Shown here piece by piece: positions 1 to 9,822 of a stretch of DNA of 64,000 nt. How positions within the stretch are numbered: position 1 is the stretch's first letter; each line of letters begins with the position of its first letter. The notes beneath the pieces are model-generated. The model did no database searches. It saw only the letters and a list, made by a program, of their open reading frames with translations, and was not told where the DNA came from. Location: assembly GCA_027351205.1 (NCBI GenBank), contig DAIEIW010000211.1, positions 1,205-65,204 of the forward strand. The letters run 5' to 3'. The translations under genes were made by a program, and so were the position numbers. The DNA comes from Acidithiobacillus sp. Lineage in GTDB: Bacteria; Pseudomonadota; Gammaproteobacteria; Acidithiobacillales; Acidithiobacillaceae.

Positions 1-1
1 T

Positions 2-952
2 GAAGGGGCCATGGTGCAGGCCGCCGTCGATTGGCTGGCCAGGCGCCATGCCTGGCGGCCGGAAAACGACGCGATCGCTTGCATCAGCGGTGTCGTTCCC
101 GCCCTTTACGCAGCCGTACGTGCCTTCACCCGGCCGGGCGAGGCGATCATCGTCATGCCTCCCATTTATCCGCCGTTCATGGCTGCAGTGGAGGACAACG
201 GGCGGGAATTGCTGCTGGCCCCGCTGATCGCGGATGACACCGGCCGTTACCGCATGAATTGGGATGCCCTGGAAATCGCCGTCGGGCAGGCGAAACTGCT
301 GCTCCTCTGCTCGCCCCACAATCCAGTGGGGCGAGTCTGGACACCGGAAGAACTGCGACGACTGGGCACACTCTGCGCCGATGCAGACTGCGTGGTGGTC
401 AGCGATGAAATCCATGCCGACCTCAGTCAGCATCCGCACTGCCCTTTCCCCAGCCGCTTCCCGCGCTCGATCCTCCTGACCTCTGCGGGCAAAAGCTTCA
501 ATCTGGCGGGACTGGGTGGCGGGGTTGGCGTCATCCCCGACGCTGGGTTGCGTCGTACCTTTCTGACTGAAGTCCGGCGCAGTCAGATTCAGCACACCAA
601 CCTCTTCGCGCTGACCGCCATGACCAGCGCCTGGCGCCGCGGCGCGGAGTGGCAGTCCGCGTTGTGCGGTTATCTGGCGGACAACGCCCGTTTCATTAGC
701 GAATACCTGATGCGGGAGCTACCCGAGGTCAACTATCGGCAACCGGAGTTCGGGTACCTCGCTTGGCTGGATGTGCGTCATTACGGCAACGATGAGTCGC
801 TTGCACGGCACCTGTTGCAGGCAGGTCTCGGTCTCAACCCCGGGTCCAGTTTCGGACCGGGTGGTGAGGGTTTCGTGCGACTGAACTTTGCCACCCCCCG
901 AAGCATGCTGGAAGAAGGGCTGGGGCGGTTGCGACAGGCCTTGCACCGCTAG
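2..952 (+). CDS. PLP-dependent aminotransferase/cystathionine beta-lyase, MalY/PatB family (5'-truncated by window edge)
   Basis: Motifs CSPHNPVGRVW, SDEIHAD, SAGKSFNLAG (PLP lysine), GFVRLNFA. Frame is open back to base 2, so the true start lies upstream of the window. Confidence 0.88.
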   Translation, partial: EGAMVQAAVDWLARRHAWRPENDAIACISGVVPALYAAVRAFTRPGEAIIVMPPIYPPFMAAVEDNGRELLLAPLIADDTGRYRMNWDALEIAVGQAKLLLLCSPHNPVGRVWTPEELRRLGTLCADADCVVVSDEIHADLSQHPHCPFPSRFPRSILLTSAGKSFNLAGLGGGVGVIPDAGLRRTFLTEVRRSQIQHTNLFALTAMTSAWRRGAEWQSALCGYLADNARFISEYLMRELPEVNYRQPEFGYLAWLDVRHYGNDESLARHLLQAGLGLNPGSSFGPGGEGFVRLNFATPRSMLEEGLGRLRQALHR

Positions 953-1052
953 TCCCGGAGAACTTTCCACAGGCAACCGCCAGGACGACGGTATCGGAAC
1001 GGCTTGCCCTGCCCTACAATACCTTCCACCGAGCGGAGGAGACCAGAGAAAA

Positions 1053-1961
1053 GTGACAGAGGTGCAGGGTAACCTGAAGCAAAAAGTAGTGGCCACGCTG
1101 GCAGCGGGCATTCTGCGCGGGGCGGGTTCCCTGCCACGGCGTTGGCGTGCGGCTCTCGGCGCAATGCTCGGTGACTTGGTGCGGCGCAGTATGAGTCGGG
1201 CGCGCAAGGTGGTGGACGCCAACCTCGCCATTGCTTTCCCCATGATGAGCCAGGCTCAGCGGCATACCTTGCGGCGCGCGCATTTCCGGGCACTGGGCCA
1301 GGCGGCACTGGAGTTGGGACCACTGTGGTACTGGCCCTTGCCCCGCGCCCTCGGCCTGATCCGCGAAGTGCGTGGAGACGATCTGGTGGACGCCGCTTTA
1401 GCCAAAGGACATGGGGCGATTCTCTTCACCGCGCACCTCGGAGCCTGGGAAGCCGCGGTGCTCTACATCGGGCAACGCTGGCCGGTAACCGTACTCTACA
1501 TGGAAACCCGCAATCCGGCTGTCAACGCACGCATTGTGGCTGGCCGCGGGCGCAGTGGTGCGCAACTGGTCCCCAAGGAGGGAGGTATCCGCCCCCTGCT
1601 CCACGCGCTGCATCAGGGAGGGGCTATCGGTATACTTCCGGATCAGAACGTCGATCCGCGCGAAGGGGATTATGCCCCGTTCTTTGGCCGTCCTGCCTGT
1701 ACGACACCTTTGTTGGGCCGACTGGCGGCGCGGCGCGGAAGCCCGGTGTTCGGACTCTTCGCCTATCGGCTACCGGACGGTGAGGGTTTCCGTATCGAGA
1801 TTGTGCCCATGCCGGAATCCTTCCCGAGCGGGGATACCAAAGCCGATGCCACGACGATGAATGCGGCACTGGAGACTGCCATCCGTAAAGCCCCTGAACA
1901 GTACTGGTGGGTTCACCGTCGTTTCAAGGATCAGCCGGAAGGCTGGGACTATCCCTATTAA
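1053..1961 (+). CDS. lpxL: Lipid A lauroyl/myristoyl acyltransferase (LpxL/HtrB family)
   Basis: HLGAWE catalytic motif, LPDQ, FFGRPA, QYWWVHRRFK C-terminus. GTG at 1053 follows a GGAGGAG-like RBS; the ORF-track start at 888 overlaps the upstream gene. Confidence 0.88.
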   Translation: MTEVQGNLKQKVVATLAAGILRGAGSLPRRWRAALGAMLGDLVRRSMSRARKVVDANLAIAFPMMSQAQRHTLRRAHFRALGQAALELGPLWYWPLPRALGLIREVRGDDLVDAALAKGHGAILFTAHLGAWEAAVLYIGQRWPVTVLYMETRNPAVNARIVAGRGRSGAQLVPKEGGIRPLLHALHQGGAIGILPDQNVDPREGDYAPFFGRPACTTPLLGRLAARRGSPVFGLFAYRLPDGEGFRIEIVPMPESFPSGDTKADATTMNAALETAIRKAPEQYWWVHRRFKDQPEGWDYPY

Positions 1962-1966
1962 AATGC

Positions 1967-3220
1967 TTACGGAAGGATATGATCCAGCAGGGAGAAAGTA
2001 CGCCCCAGCGCGCCGCGCTGCTGCTGCAGAAACGCCAGGGCCCGGTCGCCCATCTCTGTCGCTGGCTCCTGGGTAGTCAACCACGCCCCCAACTGCGCTA
2101 CCAGGGCCTCGACATCCACAACCTGAACCGCAGCGTTGGCCGCCAGCAAATCCTGGGTGATACCCTTGAAATTATCCATATGCGGGCCGAAGGTAACCGG
2201 GCGGGCCAGCGCTGCAGCTTCCAGGGGATTATGCCCCCCCGCCGGCACAAAACTGCCACCGATGGTCACCACATCTGCCGCCGCGTAGAAGTCCATCACC
2301 TCACCCAAGGTATCTATCAGAAAAACCGTGCGCGCGCCCACATCCTCCGCACGCGAGCGCAAGGCAAAGGACACCCCCTTTGCCTGCATCCGTGCCATCA
2401 CCTCCAGTCGCCTCGAAGGATGGCGGGGAATCAGCACCAGCAGCAGATCCGGCCATTGGCGCTGCAACTCTTCCAGCGCCGCCAGCGCCATCTGCTCCTC
2501 ACCGGCATGCGTAGAAGCGAATACCCAGACCGGTCGCCCGGCGAAGCGCTGCCGCCACTGACGTCCCCGCTCCCGCGCGGCGACGGGATCGGGCAGGTCA
2601 TATTTGATATTACCGGTCACCGCCACATGCTCTGCCCCCAGGCGACGAAAAGCCGCAGCATCCTCCGAACTCTGGGCCGCAACGGCGCTCATACTGGCCA
2701 ATGCGGGGGCAAAGAGCGTCCGGAAACGGGAATAACCCCGAAGCGAGCGCTGCGAGAGCCGGGCATTGGCCAGCATCAGGGGCACGCCCTCGTGGCTGGC
2801 CGCATGACAGAGATTGGGCCAGATCTCCGTCTCCATGATAATCCCCAGGCGCGGCCGCTGGCGGCGCAAAAAGCGCGTGACCGCCGTGGACAGGTCATAA
2901 GGCAGGTAATGCTGCAGCACTTCCGTACCCAAACGCTGACTGACTACAGCAGCTCCCGTCGGCGTTGTGCTGGTCATCAGAATGGGCACCGCCGGATAAC
3001 GTGCCTGCAAAGCCCGCACCAGGGGAATCGCCGCGATGGTCTCCCCCACACTCACCGCATGAATCCATATAGGCCGATCCGAACGGCGCGGCCCCCAGCC
3101 GAAACGCTCCCACCATCGCTCCCGGTAGGCAGGCCGTCGCCAGGCCCGCCAGAGGGTAAAACCTAGGACGACAGGACTGAGCAGCCAGAGCAGAAAGGCA
3201 TAGAGGCGGCGGCTCATCAT
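1967..3220 (-). CDS. waaA: 3-deoxy-D-manno-octulosonic acid (Kdo) transferase
   Basis: WIHAVSVGE, ETEIWPN, NARLS, TGNIKYD, ASTHAGEE, PRHP, DTLGE, GGSFVPAGGHNPLEAA. Confidence 0.96.
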   Translation of the reverse strand: MMSRRLYAFLLWLLSPVVLGFTLWRAWRRPAYRERWWERFGWGPRRSDRPIWIHAVSVGETIAAIPLVRALQARYPAVPILMTSTTPTGAAVVSQRLGTEVLQHYLPYDLSTAVTRFLRRQRPRLGIIMETEIWPNLCHAASHEGVPLMLANARLSQRSLRGYSRFRTLFAPALASMSAVAAQSSEDAAAFRRLGAEHVAVTGNIKYDLPDPVAARERGRQWRQRFAGRPVWVFASTHAGEEQMALAALEELQRQWPDLLLVLIPRHPSRRLEVMARMQAKGVSFALRSRAEDVGARTVFLIDTLGEVMDFYAAADVVTIGGSFVPAGGHNPLEAAALARPVTFGPHMDNFKGITQDLLAANAAVQVVDVEALVAQLGAWLTTQEPATEMGDRALAFLQQQRGALGRTFSLLDHILP

Positions 3221-3897
3221 TCGCGGTGCAAAATTCGGTCGGTCAGCCAGTCCAGACGATACCAGGGCCGAAAGCTTTTCAGGACGCGCTCGCGATCATA
3301 CCCGTCCTGTATCCAGTCACGCAGGGTCAAGCCGGGCTGGCAGGCGGCAGCATCGTGGTAACTGATGAAAAACCAGTCGAGAATGCCGGTATTGGCGTGC
3401 CGGATATGACCGAAAGGCCACAAACGCAGTTGCCGCCGCGCCTTGCCGAGGGGTATCCCCAGCACCAGATGCAGATACAGCACACTGATGAAACCGGCCC
3501 GATCCGCCCCGGATTTGCAATGCAGCAAGAAAGGTTGGGGTAATTGATCCAGCACCGCTATGCCCGTCAACAACTTGTCCCGTTCCGGCAGGTCCCGGGA
3601 ACCAAAGCCGTGCAGGGTCAGGTGCGTCATGCCCAAGGCATCACAAGTCTCCTGCTCCAGACGATAATGGGGTTCGTGGGGTGCCGGAGCACGCAGGTTC
3701 AATACCGTGCAGAGACCATGTTTTTGCTGCCAGTGCCGTAACTGGATCGGTGACGGCTGAGCGGAGCGAAACACCCCTGGCGCAATCTCGTGAAAATTCG
3801 CATAAAACAACTCGCGGAAAATGCCGTGATCCGTCCAGAACTGATGGCGCCGATAGCGGCGGCGCTCGTCCGGCAGGAGCACCAGGGGGTGTTTCAT
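3217..3897 (-). CDS. Protein-tyrosine/dual-specificity phosphatase fold protein
   Basis: P-loop HCKSGADRAG (HCxxGxxR) and RSAQP motif. ATG at 3897 sits 2 nt after the waaC stop; stop overlaps the waaA start (ATGA). Confidence 0.85.
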   Translation of the reverse strand: MKHPLVLLPDERRRYRRHQFWTDHGIFRELFYANFHEIAPGVFRSAQPSPIQLRHWQQKHGLCTVLNLRAPAPHEPHYRLEQETCDALGMTHLTLHGFGSRDLPERDKLLTGIAVLDQLPQPFLLHCKSGADRAGFISVLYLHLVLGIPLGKARRQLRLWPFGHIRHANTGILDWFFISYHDAAACQPGLTLRDWIQDGYDRERVLKSFRPWYRLDWLTDRILHRE

Positions 3898-3899
3898 GA

Positions 3900-4946
3900 T
3901 CAGTGCTCCAGCAAAGGGGATAAAGCCGTCCAGACCTGCTCCGGGCGTAACGCCTGCTGGCAGAGTATCAGACCATTTTTCGCTTCCGGCAACGGGCATC
4001 GGGATTTACCGCAAGGCGAGCAAGGCGCGGGACTTTGCAGGGTGGTCTGACGGTTCTCTGCCACAGAAAACCGCCCACTGGCCGTCGGTCCGTACAAAGT
4101 AACCCCCGCCAGCCCCAAGGCACCGGCCAGATAAGAAAGGCCTGTATCCATACCGACATAGGCATCAGCCCGCACGATCAAGGCGGCAAGCTCCAGCAAG
4201 GTAAGCGTGGGCAGCGCCAACACATTGTCCGCCTGTGTCGCGATCCGCTGCGCCCGCGCCGCTTCCCGCGCACTGCCTGCGGGCAGCAACAAACGCAATC
4301 CCGCCTGCTTCAGGGGGGCGGCCAATGCCCGCCAATAGTCTTCCTGCCACTCCTTGTTCTCCCACGAGGTCCCGTGAAAACCCAGTACAAAGGGCTGCTG
4401 CACCAGTTCACCCCAAGGCCGCGCCAGCGTATCCTTACGCAGGCACGCAGCGGCCCCCTGCAAACCATAATCTGGCGGCGTTTCCGGTAAGGGGTAATCC
4501 AAAGCCTGCGCGAACAGTTGGCGATTCCGGCTGATGGCGGGCTGTCCCCAGGCCACGCGAAACCGGCGATGATAAAGCCGGGTGGCACCCGGTTCGCGGG
4601 CGCTGGCGGCATCCAGACCCCACAGTGGCGCACCGCCCAGACGGCCCAGCAAGGCGCTTTTGTAGAGGCCCTGGGCGTCGAGAATGTGCTCGTAATGCTC
4701 GCCCCGTAGACTCCGGCGTAAGTCCCGCAGCGCAGTCGCCAAGCCTCGCCACCGTTCTTTATGAACACGCAGAGAGAAGGGGATCACCCGCGTGACGCCG
4801 GGATGCAGTTGGGCGATGGGCGCGAATGCGGGCTCAACCAACCAGTGTAAGCATAGGTCCGGACGGGCCTGCCACATATCCGTCACCGCTGGCAAGGTAT
4901 GCAGCACGTCGCCCATGGAACTCAGGCGCAGCAGCAGAATCTTCAT
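3900..4946 (-). CDS. waaC: LPS heptosyltransferase I (GT9)
   Basis: N-terminus KILLLRLSSMGDVLHTLPA, DAQGLYKSA, GMDTGLSYLA, LYGPT. Confidence 0.9.
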   Translation of the reverse strand: MKILLLRLSSMGDVLHTLPAVTDMWQARPDLCLHWLVEPAFAPIAQLHPGVTRVIPFSLRVHKERWRGLATALRDLRRSLRGEHYEHILDAQGLYKSALLGRLGGAPLWGLDAASAREPGATRLYHRRFRVAWGQPAISRNRQLFAQALDYPLPETPPDYGLQGAAACLRKDTLARPWGELVQQPFVLGFHGTSWENKEWQEDYWRALAAPLKQAGLRLLLPAGSAREAARAQRIATQADNVLALPTLTLLELAALIVRADAYVGMDTGLSYLAGALGLAGVTLYGPTASGRFSVAENRQTTLQSPAPCSPCGKSRCPLPEAKNGLILCQQALRPEQVWTALSPLLEH

Positions 4947-5743
4947 TGCTGACTATGGTCCCTGAGTTCCAGCGCCATGGCATATTTCATGAATGCGCCC
5001 AGCGCCGTGGTCCAGGCAATGGCGGCACCTTCCACACCATCCAGAAATCCCAGACGCCAGAAATAGCCGCGCCAAAAAGCCGCCAGCGCGTGGGTCATGG
5101 GCATGTAAGCATGGAGCACTTTGCCGCGCTGGTGGACCTGCTGGGCATTGAGGGCGGCGTAGCGGCGCAGTTTATCCAGCATATCCGCATAGCTCGGGAA
5201 AGAATGATGGTCCAGGATATATCCTTGCATACGCCGCGTCTCCCCCTGACCATACCAGCTTTCATGCACCGTATCCTCGGGGCGATAATGCCCATAGCGT
5301 CGGTTAAAAAGCCTCACCACATAATCCCGGCCCCAGTCTCCGTGGCGGATGGCCTTGCCGTGAAGGTAATTATAACGCCTTAGCGCATAAGCAACATGAG
5401 GGTCGCTACTCCGCACCACATCCACAATGGCAGAACGCGCCTGATCGCGCAAAATTTCATCCGCATCCAGCATCAGTATCCAGTCATTTGCCGCCAACTC
5501 CACGGCAAACTGCCGCTGCGCACCAAAGCCGAGCCAGGGCCTTTGAATGGTCTTTACACCCATTTCCGTAGCGATGGTCAGCGTATCATCCGTAGAACCA
5601 CTATCTACCAGAAAAATTTCTGCACCCAACGGCACCACGCTGCCCAGCGATGCACGCAGCAAACGCCCGGCATCTCTGGTAATATAAATAACTGATAGAG
5701 CACTAGCAGCCACGGCCACGTGACCTCCAAAATAGATACTCAT
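4943..5743 (-). CDS. GT2 glycosyltransferase, LPS core (WaaE/KdtX/LgtF-like)
   Basis: VDSGSTDDT, WLGFGAQRQFA, DWILMLDADE, GFLDG. Confidence 0.88.
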   Translation of the reverse strand: MSIYFGGHVAVAASALSVIYITRDAGRLLRASLGSVVPLGAEIFLVDSGSTDDTLTIATEMGVKTIQRPWLGFGAQRQFAVELAANDWILMLDADEILRDQARSAIVDVVRSSDPHVAYALRRYNYLHGKAIRHGDWGRDYVVRLFNRRYGHYRPEDTVHESWYGQGETRRMQGYILDHHSFPSYADMLDKLRRYAALNAQQVHQRGKVLHAYMPMTHALAAFWRGYFWRLGFLDGVEGAAIAWTTALGAFMKYAMALELRDHSQQ

Positions 5744-6691
5744 TTATTTACCGCACTTCCCCGGCAGGCCCCAATGCGTTGGCCGGAACAGAAGATGCCA
5801 CATCAGTATTCCTCCGTAGGTCAAACAACGTTTACGCTGACGAGGAAGAAGCCCGAGAGTAAGCACCATTGCTATTCCATTGGCAAGAAAGTCTATTGCC
5901 GCTTTTACCGGCATCCACAAAGATAAAACCACCCAGGGAATGCAGCCCTCCACCTTGCGTGCATAGAGCAACCGTGAGCGCTGAAATTCAATGCGCGACC
6001 CTACCTGAAATTTCCTAGCGGTGCCACCGAGCGCGTGCTCTACCCGGGCATCTGGACAAAACACCACGTCAAATCCAAGGCGATGAGCACGTGCGCACCA
6101 TTCCGTTTCTTCCAGATAAAAGAAGAAATCTTCGTCCAACATGCCCAATTGAGGCAAGAAAGAACGGCGTACCGTCATTGCTGCACCGATCAGGCTGGGA
6201 ACATTTACCGATTGACGCTCCCCCGATAGACGCCCACCGAAGTATTTTGGTGCCACTCTTTTGAGCAACGCCCTTGGGAATATTTCGTGCCAGAATCGCG
6301 GCAATGCCGCCACTACATTTTGTGTACGACCGGCCGGGTCAATCAGGCGGGCACCCACAAGGGCCGCTCGAGGCCAGGCCAGAAAACAGCATGTCACAGC
6401 CTCCAGCGTACCCGATAATAATTGCGCGTCATTATTCAGAACCATGGCAAAATCACGATCAGCGACCGCCAACCCCTGGTTGACCGCACGAGCGAAGCCC
6501 GCATTACAACTATTAGCCAATACTTTGACGTCGGGAAACCGTTGCGAAATCACCTCCACCGACCCGTCATCGCTACCATTATCGATGACGACACAATGCT
6601 GCGCCAACACGCCTTCCGCAAGACAGGAGGAAATTGCGTCAAGTGTTTTTGATGCACCATTATAGTTAATAATAATAACGCAAAATTTCAT
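5744..6691 (-). CDS. GT2 glycosyltransferase (WbbL/rhamnosyltransferase-like)
   Basis: IINYN, IDNGSDDGS, NAGFARAVNQG, LNNDA, LDEDFFFYLEETEWC. Start placed at MKFCV (6691). Confidence 0.85.
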   Translation of the reverse strand: MKFCVIIINYNGASKTLDAISSCLAEGVLAQHCVVIDNGSDDGSVEVISQRFPDVKVLANSCNAGFARAVNQGLAVADRDFAMVLNNDAQLLSGTLEAVTCCFLAWPRAALVGARLIDPAGRTQNVVAALPRFWHEIFPRALLKRVAPKYFGGRLSGERQSVNVPSLIGAAMTVRRSFLPQLGMLDEDFFFYLEETEWCARAHRLGFDVVFCPDARVEHALGGTARKFQVGSRIEFQRSRLLYARKVEGCIPWVVLSLWMPVKAAIDFLANGIAMVLTLGLLPRQRKRCLTYGGILMWHLLFRPTHWGLPGKCGK

Positions 6692-7001
6692 AGTCACGAT
6701 TATGCGACACCCGTATATTGCATGGGTAACCCCCTGCACAGAGCCAATCTCAATGCGTCTTCGCAACCCCAATTTATAGACTTATAAAGCATCACCCGCC
6801 AGAATACCGCTGGGACCGGCAATACGCCCCATCCCAGCGGGGCCCGTGAAGAACCAACGCAATCAACGATATCATCATCGTGCCAGAAACTGCATCAAAT
6901 GATTTATCAGGTAAAAAGGCATTTGGCCCTGAAAATACGGCAACCATGACTACAAGTTTATGTCTCTGCTTGTTGTCACAGCGTATCAACGTTCGTATTC
7001 C

Positions 7002-8225
7002 TTACGCGAAGCGATTATCAGTTGTAGTCGCGCCACGCAACCCATTCTGGATAAAAGGGATTGGTAAAGCAGCCAGTATCGCCAGCGAGAACACATTCGC
7101 ATACCCCCAAATCAAGGTATCAGAAAAACTACCAGCTATAAATACCGCCATATAAGCTAAAACAAACCAGCCTTCGGGAGTCGCTCTCAGTCGCCATGCC
7201 GGTGCGGTTACGGCCCATAAGAACCACACCAGAAGCAACAGACCGGGAATGCCTAGCATGGCCAGTTCTAGGAGATAGCTGTTTTGAGGCTGGCTCATGA
7301 TCAACGGAGAGGGTAGATCAGGTAAAATATGATTTTTCTGTAATTGTGCCATCTCGCTTGCGTAGTTGCCTGTACCAACCCCTAAGATAGGGTGCTGGAG
7401 GCCCATGTGCAGTGCGCCCTGGGCCATCAAAACGCGCAGTCCCCAACTGGTATCGTAATCACCCTTGCTGACGACTTGTAAGTTTTGCAATCCTTCTTGC
7501 ACTCGATGCTGAACCATGGGAGACATTCCCATCCCGATTATTGTCAGCGCAACCCCCCCCAATGCCCAATAACGCCACTGCCCCCTGAATAACACCCATA
7601 CCGCAAGCGGCATGAGGATAACGAAAAGCAACTGACCAGTGCGTCCGGCGCCCATGCCCAATTGCAGCAGGAAAGCCACCGCGAGAATTGCGTTTGCCCA
7701 CCTCGGCAACAAAACCTTATCCCGTATATCGTAGGCTATCCATAGCAATGCCATGGTCAGCGTCATGCCGAGAAAAATATGATTGGCGTAACCGACAGGG
7801 CCAAGCCTCGGAATCAATGGATTCCATATCCATATTCCAAGCCACTGACATAAGCCGACGATCCAGTTCAATATCAATCCCGCCAGAAATAAACCCGGAA
7901 TCATCCGGAACCTGCTTCTGTTCCAAGGCAGTGTTGTTCCGGCATACGCAAAAAAGAAATACCCGAGTCGGCTTATGGCTATCCAGGTGTCGTGAGGGTT
8001 CGCCCTGCTCCAAATGGTGCCCAGCAACGTCCATAATATTAACAGGGTCAGCGGCACGAACCATGGGCGCGTCGGGATCTCCCGTGAACTTTTCCAGCAC
8101 CCGCTCATGATATATAGCAATACAAAAATACCGCCACTAATACCCGCCGCCGCGGTGCTTAAGGGAAAGAAAAAAATCGGCAAGCAAAAAAACAGGAACA
8201 TGGTTTTTTGTAAAAATGCTTTCAT
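7002..8225 (-). CDS. O-antigen ligase/polymerase family membrane protein (WaaL/Wzy_C)
   Basis: About 10-12 hydrophobic segments, GRTGQ, SWGLRVLM, HPILGVGTGNY, PQNSYL. Start uncertain (8225 or 8276). Confidence 0.82.
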   Translation of the reverse strand: MKAFLQKTMFLFFCLPIFFFPLSTAAAGISGGIFVLLYIMSGCWKSSREIPTRPWFVPLTLLILWTLLGTIWSRANPHDTWIAISRLGYFFFAYAGTTLPWNRSRFRMIPGLFLAGLILNWIVGLCQWLGIWIWNPLIPRLGPVGYANHIFLGMTLTMALLWIAYDIRDKVLLPRWANAILAVAFLLQLGMGAGRTGQLLFVILMPLAVWVLFRGQWRYWALGGVALTIIGMGMSPMVQHRVQEGLQNLQVVSKGDYDTSWGLRVLMAQGALHMGLQHPILGVGTGNYASEMAQLQKNHILPDLPSPLIMSQPQNSYLLELAMLGIPGLLLLVWFLWAVTAPAWRLRATPEGWFVLAYMAVFIAGSFSDTLIWGYANVFSLAILAALPIPFIQNGLRGATTTDNRFA

Positions 8226-8345
8226 AAGTGTGGCGTCAGCGCAGTTGACATTCAAATATAGGCCACACCATGTCATGTAGTCGCTCGTAAATGAAAAAAA
8301 ATTGTTCCATTTTCTTATTTATATCTTTATGTTTTGGTGAATCAT

Positions 8346-9734
8346 TCATGGCTTCTGTCCTTTTTTGCCGCAAACCGGACCGCGACATAGCAACCACGCC
8401 CCCTGATACCGTGACACAACGGCATAGCCCGGCGGCACCGCCCCAGGGTAGCTGATGACGAATCCGTTGGCCAAATTTGATGGCGGCGTTACCAGTGGAG
8501 GATGCGGTCTTATCGCCAAGTCAATGTCTGCTGTCACGCCGATACCTACCCATGCCACGTTCGTAACATAGAGGGGTGCCCCACGAGTTTGCATGAGCAC
8601 ATCCCGCGCTATGGCGCCGATATGCGGGCGGAACCGATCGGTATACGCGGGAAAGGCCCACAAAGCGAAAAAATACTTGAGAAGGATGGCTGCCATCATC
8701 CATTTTACGGCTAAACGCCGTGTCTTTTCGGCATCAACGACCCACCCCGCCAACGCCAGTGTCACGATTCCGTAGAGCGGCATCAGGTAACGGATCCCAC
8801 TTTGCGGCGACAGCCAATAGGGCAGGTAATTCACTCCCGCTATCCAAAGAGCCGTCCGCACCTGCGGATCGTTCATACGGGAAATCGGATAACGGCGCAA
8901 CATGGCATATAACACGACCCCTCCGACCGGAAGCAACTGCCCGAAGGTCTGCGCAGGGAAAACAAAAAACTGATGCAGGTAATCCAGCAATCCCTGCCCC
9001 TGCAATTTGCCGATGATGTCGTCGAACATTCCATGGGCCATGGTGCCGCCGGCAGGGGCCATGGCATACCAGAGGACGGGAATCACCAACGCCAGAAGAT
9101 GTATGCCCCAGGAAGGCCACGAAAACAAAAAACGCCAGCCACGGGTTTGGTAGGCCACCACCAATACCGCCACGCCGTAAAATACATAGGCGGTCACTGC
9201 CTTGGTAAGAAACGCACAAGACAACGCCAGTACGGCAACAGCGAAGAAACCAACACGCCGCTCTATCACCGCAAGCCACCCAAGAAGCATGGCCGCCAAG
9301 CAGAAAAAGGCGAACAACGGGTCACTATACGCCAGCCAGCCATCGTAAAAGAGCACATCCCCCAACGTGATATACACCAAGGCCGCGAAAGCAGCCAGTC
9401 TCCTTTCCTTCCAGACTCTTCCCGCAAACCATCCCACGAGCAGTCCGGAACCCACCGTCGCCAAAGCCGCGATCAACCGTGCCGCAACCAGCATGTGAGA
9501 CCAGCCAATCAACATTGACACAATGGTGATGAGCCAATTATCCAAGGGCGGGCGCCAATAGTCCTGTCCGTACATGATCGGGGTGAGCATATGGCCGTGA
9601 TACCACATTTCATAGGACATGAGCGGATAAACCGCTTCTTCACCGGTATACTGGACGTTATTGAAGGTAAAGACGAAGCTAGCCGCGGCGAGTGCAAACA
9701 GCAGCCAGTAGTTTCTGGTGTTCGTTGTGGTCAT
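8346..9734 (-). CDS. ArnT/GT39 (PMT-like) integral membrane glycosyltransferase
   Basis: GEEAVY acidic loop, YWRPPLDNW, AARL, LAYSDPLF, FLTKA, multi-TM topology. Confidence 0.78.
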   Translation of the reverse strand: MTTTNTRNYWLLFALAAASFVFTFNNVQYTGEEAVYPLMSYEMWYHGHMLTPIMYGQDYWRPPLDNWLITIVSMLIGWSHMLVAARLIAALATVGSGLLVGWFAGRVWKERRLAAFAALVYITLGDVLFYDGWLAYSDPLFAFFCLAAMLLGWLAVIERRVGFFAVAVLALSCAFLTKAVTAYVFYGVAVLVVAYQTRGWRFLFSWPSWGIHLLALVIPVLWYAMAPAGGTMAHGMFDDIIGKLQGQGLLDYLHQFFVFPAQTFGQLLPVGGVVLYAMLRRYPISRMNDPQVRTALWIAGVNYLPYWLSPQSGIRYLMPLYGIVTLALAGWVVDAEKTRRLAVKWMMAAILLKYFFALWAFPAYTDRFRPHIGAIARDVLMQTRGAPLYVTNVAWVGIGVTADIDLAIRPHPPLVTPPSNLANGFVISYPGAVPPGYAVVSRYQGAWLLCRGPVCGKKGQKP

Positions 9735-9822
9735 TCGATCCGGTACCCCAGCGTGGCAAGCACGTGTAAAACCCGAGTCGCCGGAGACCCCCTATCGGCT
9801 GGACGTGGCATCAGCGCGGCAT

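Noticed and set aside
6792-6989. 65-aa ORF in the waaL-GT2 spacer
   Set aside because: No RBS, no motif, overlaps a hairpin; probably non-coding.
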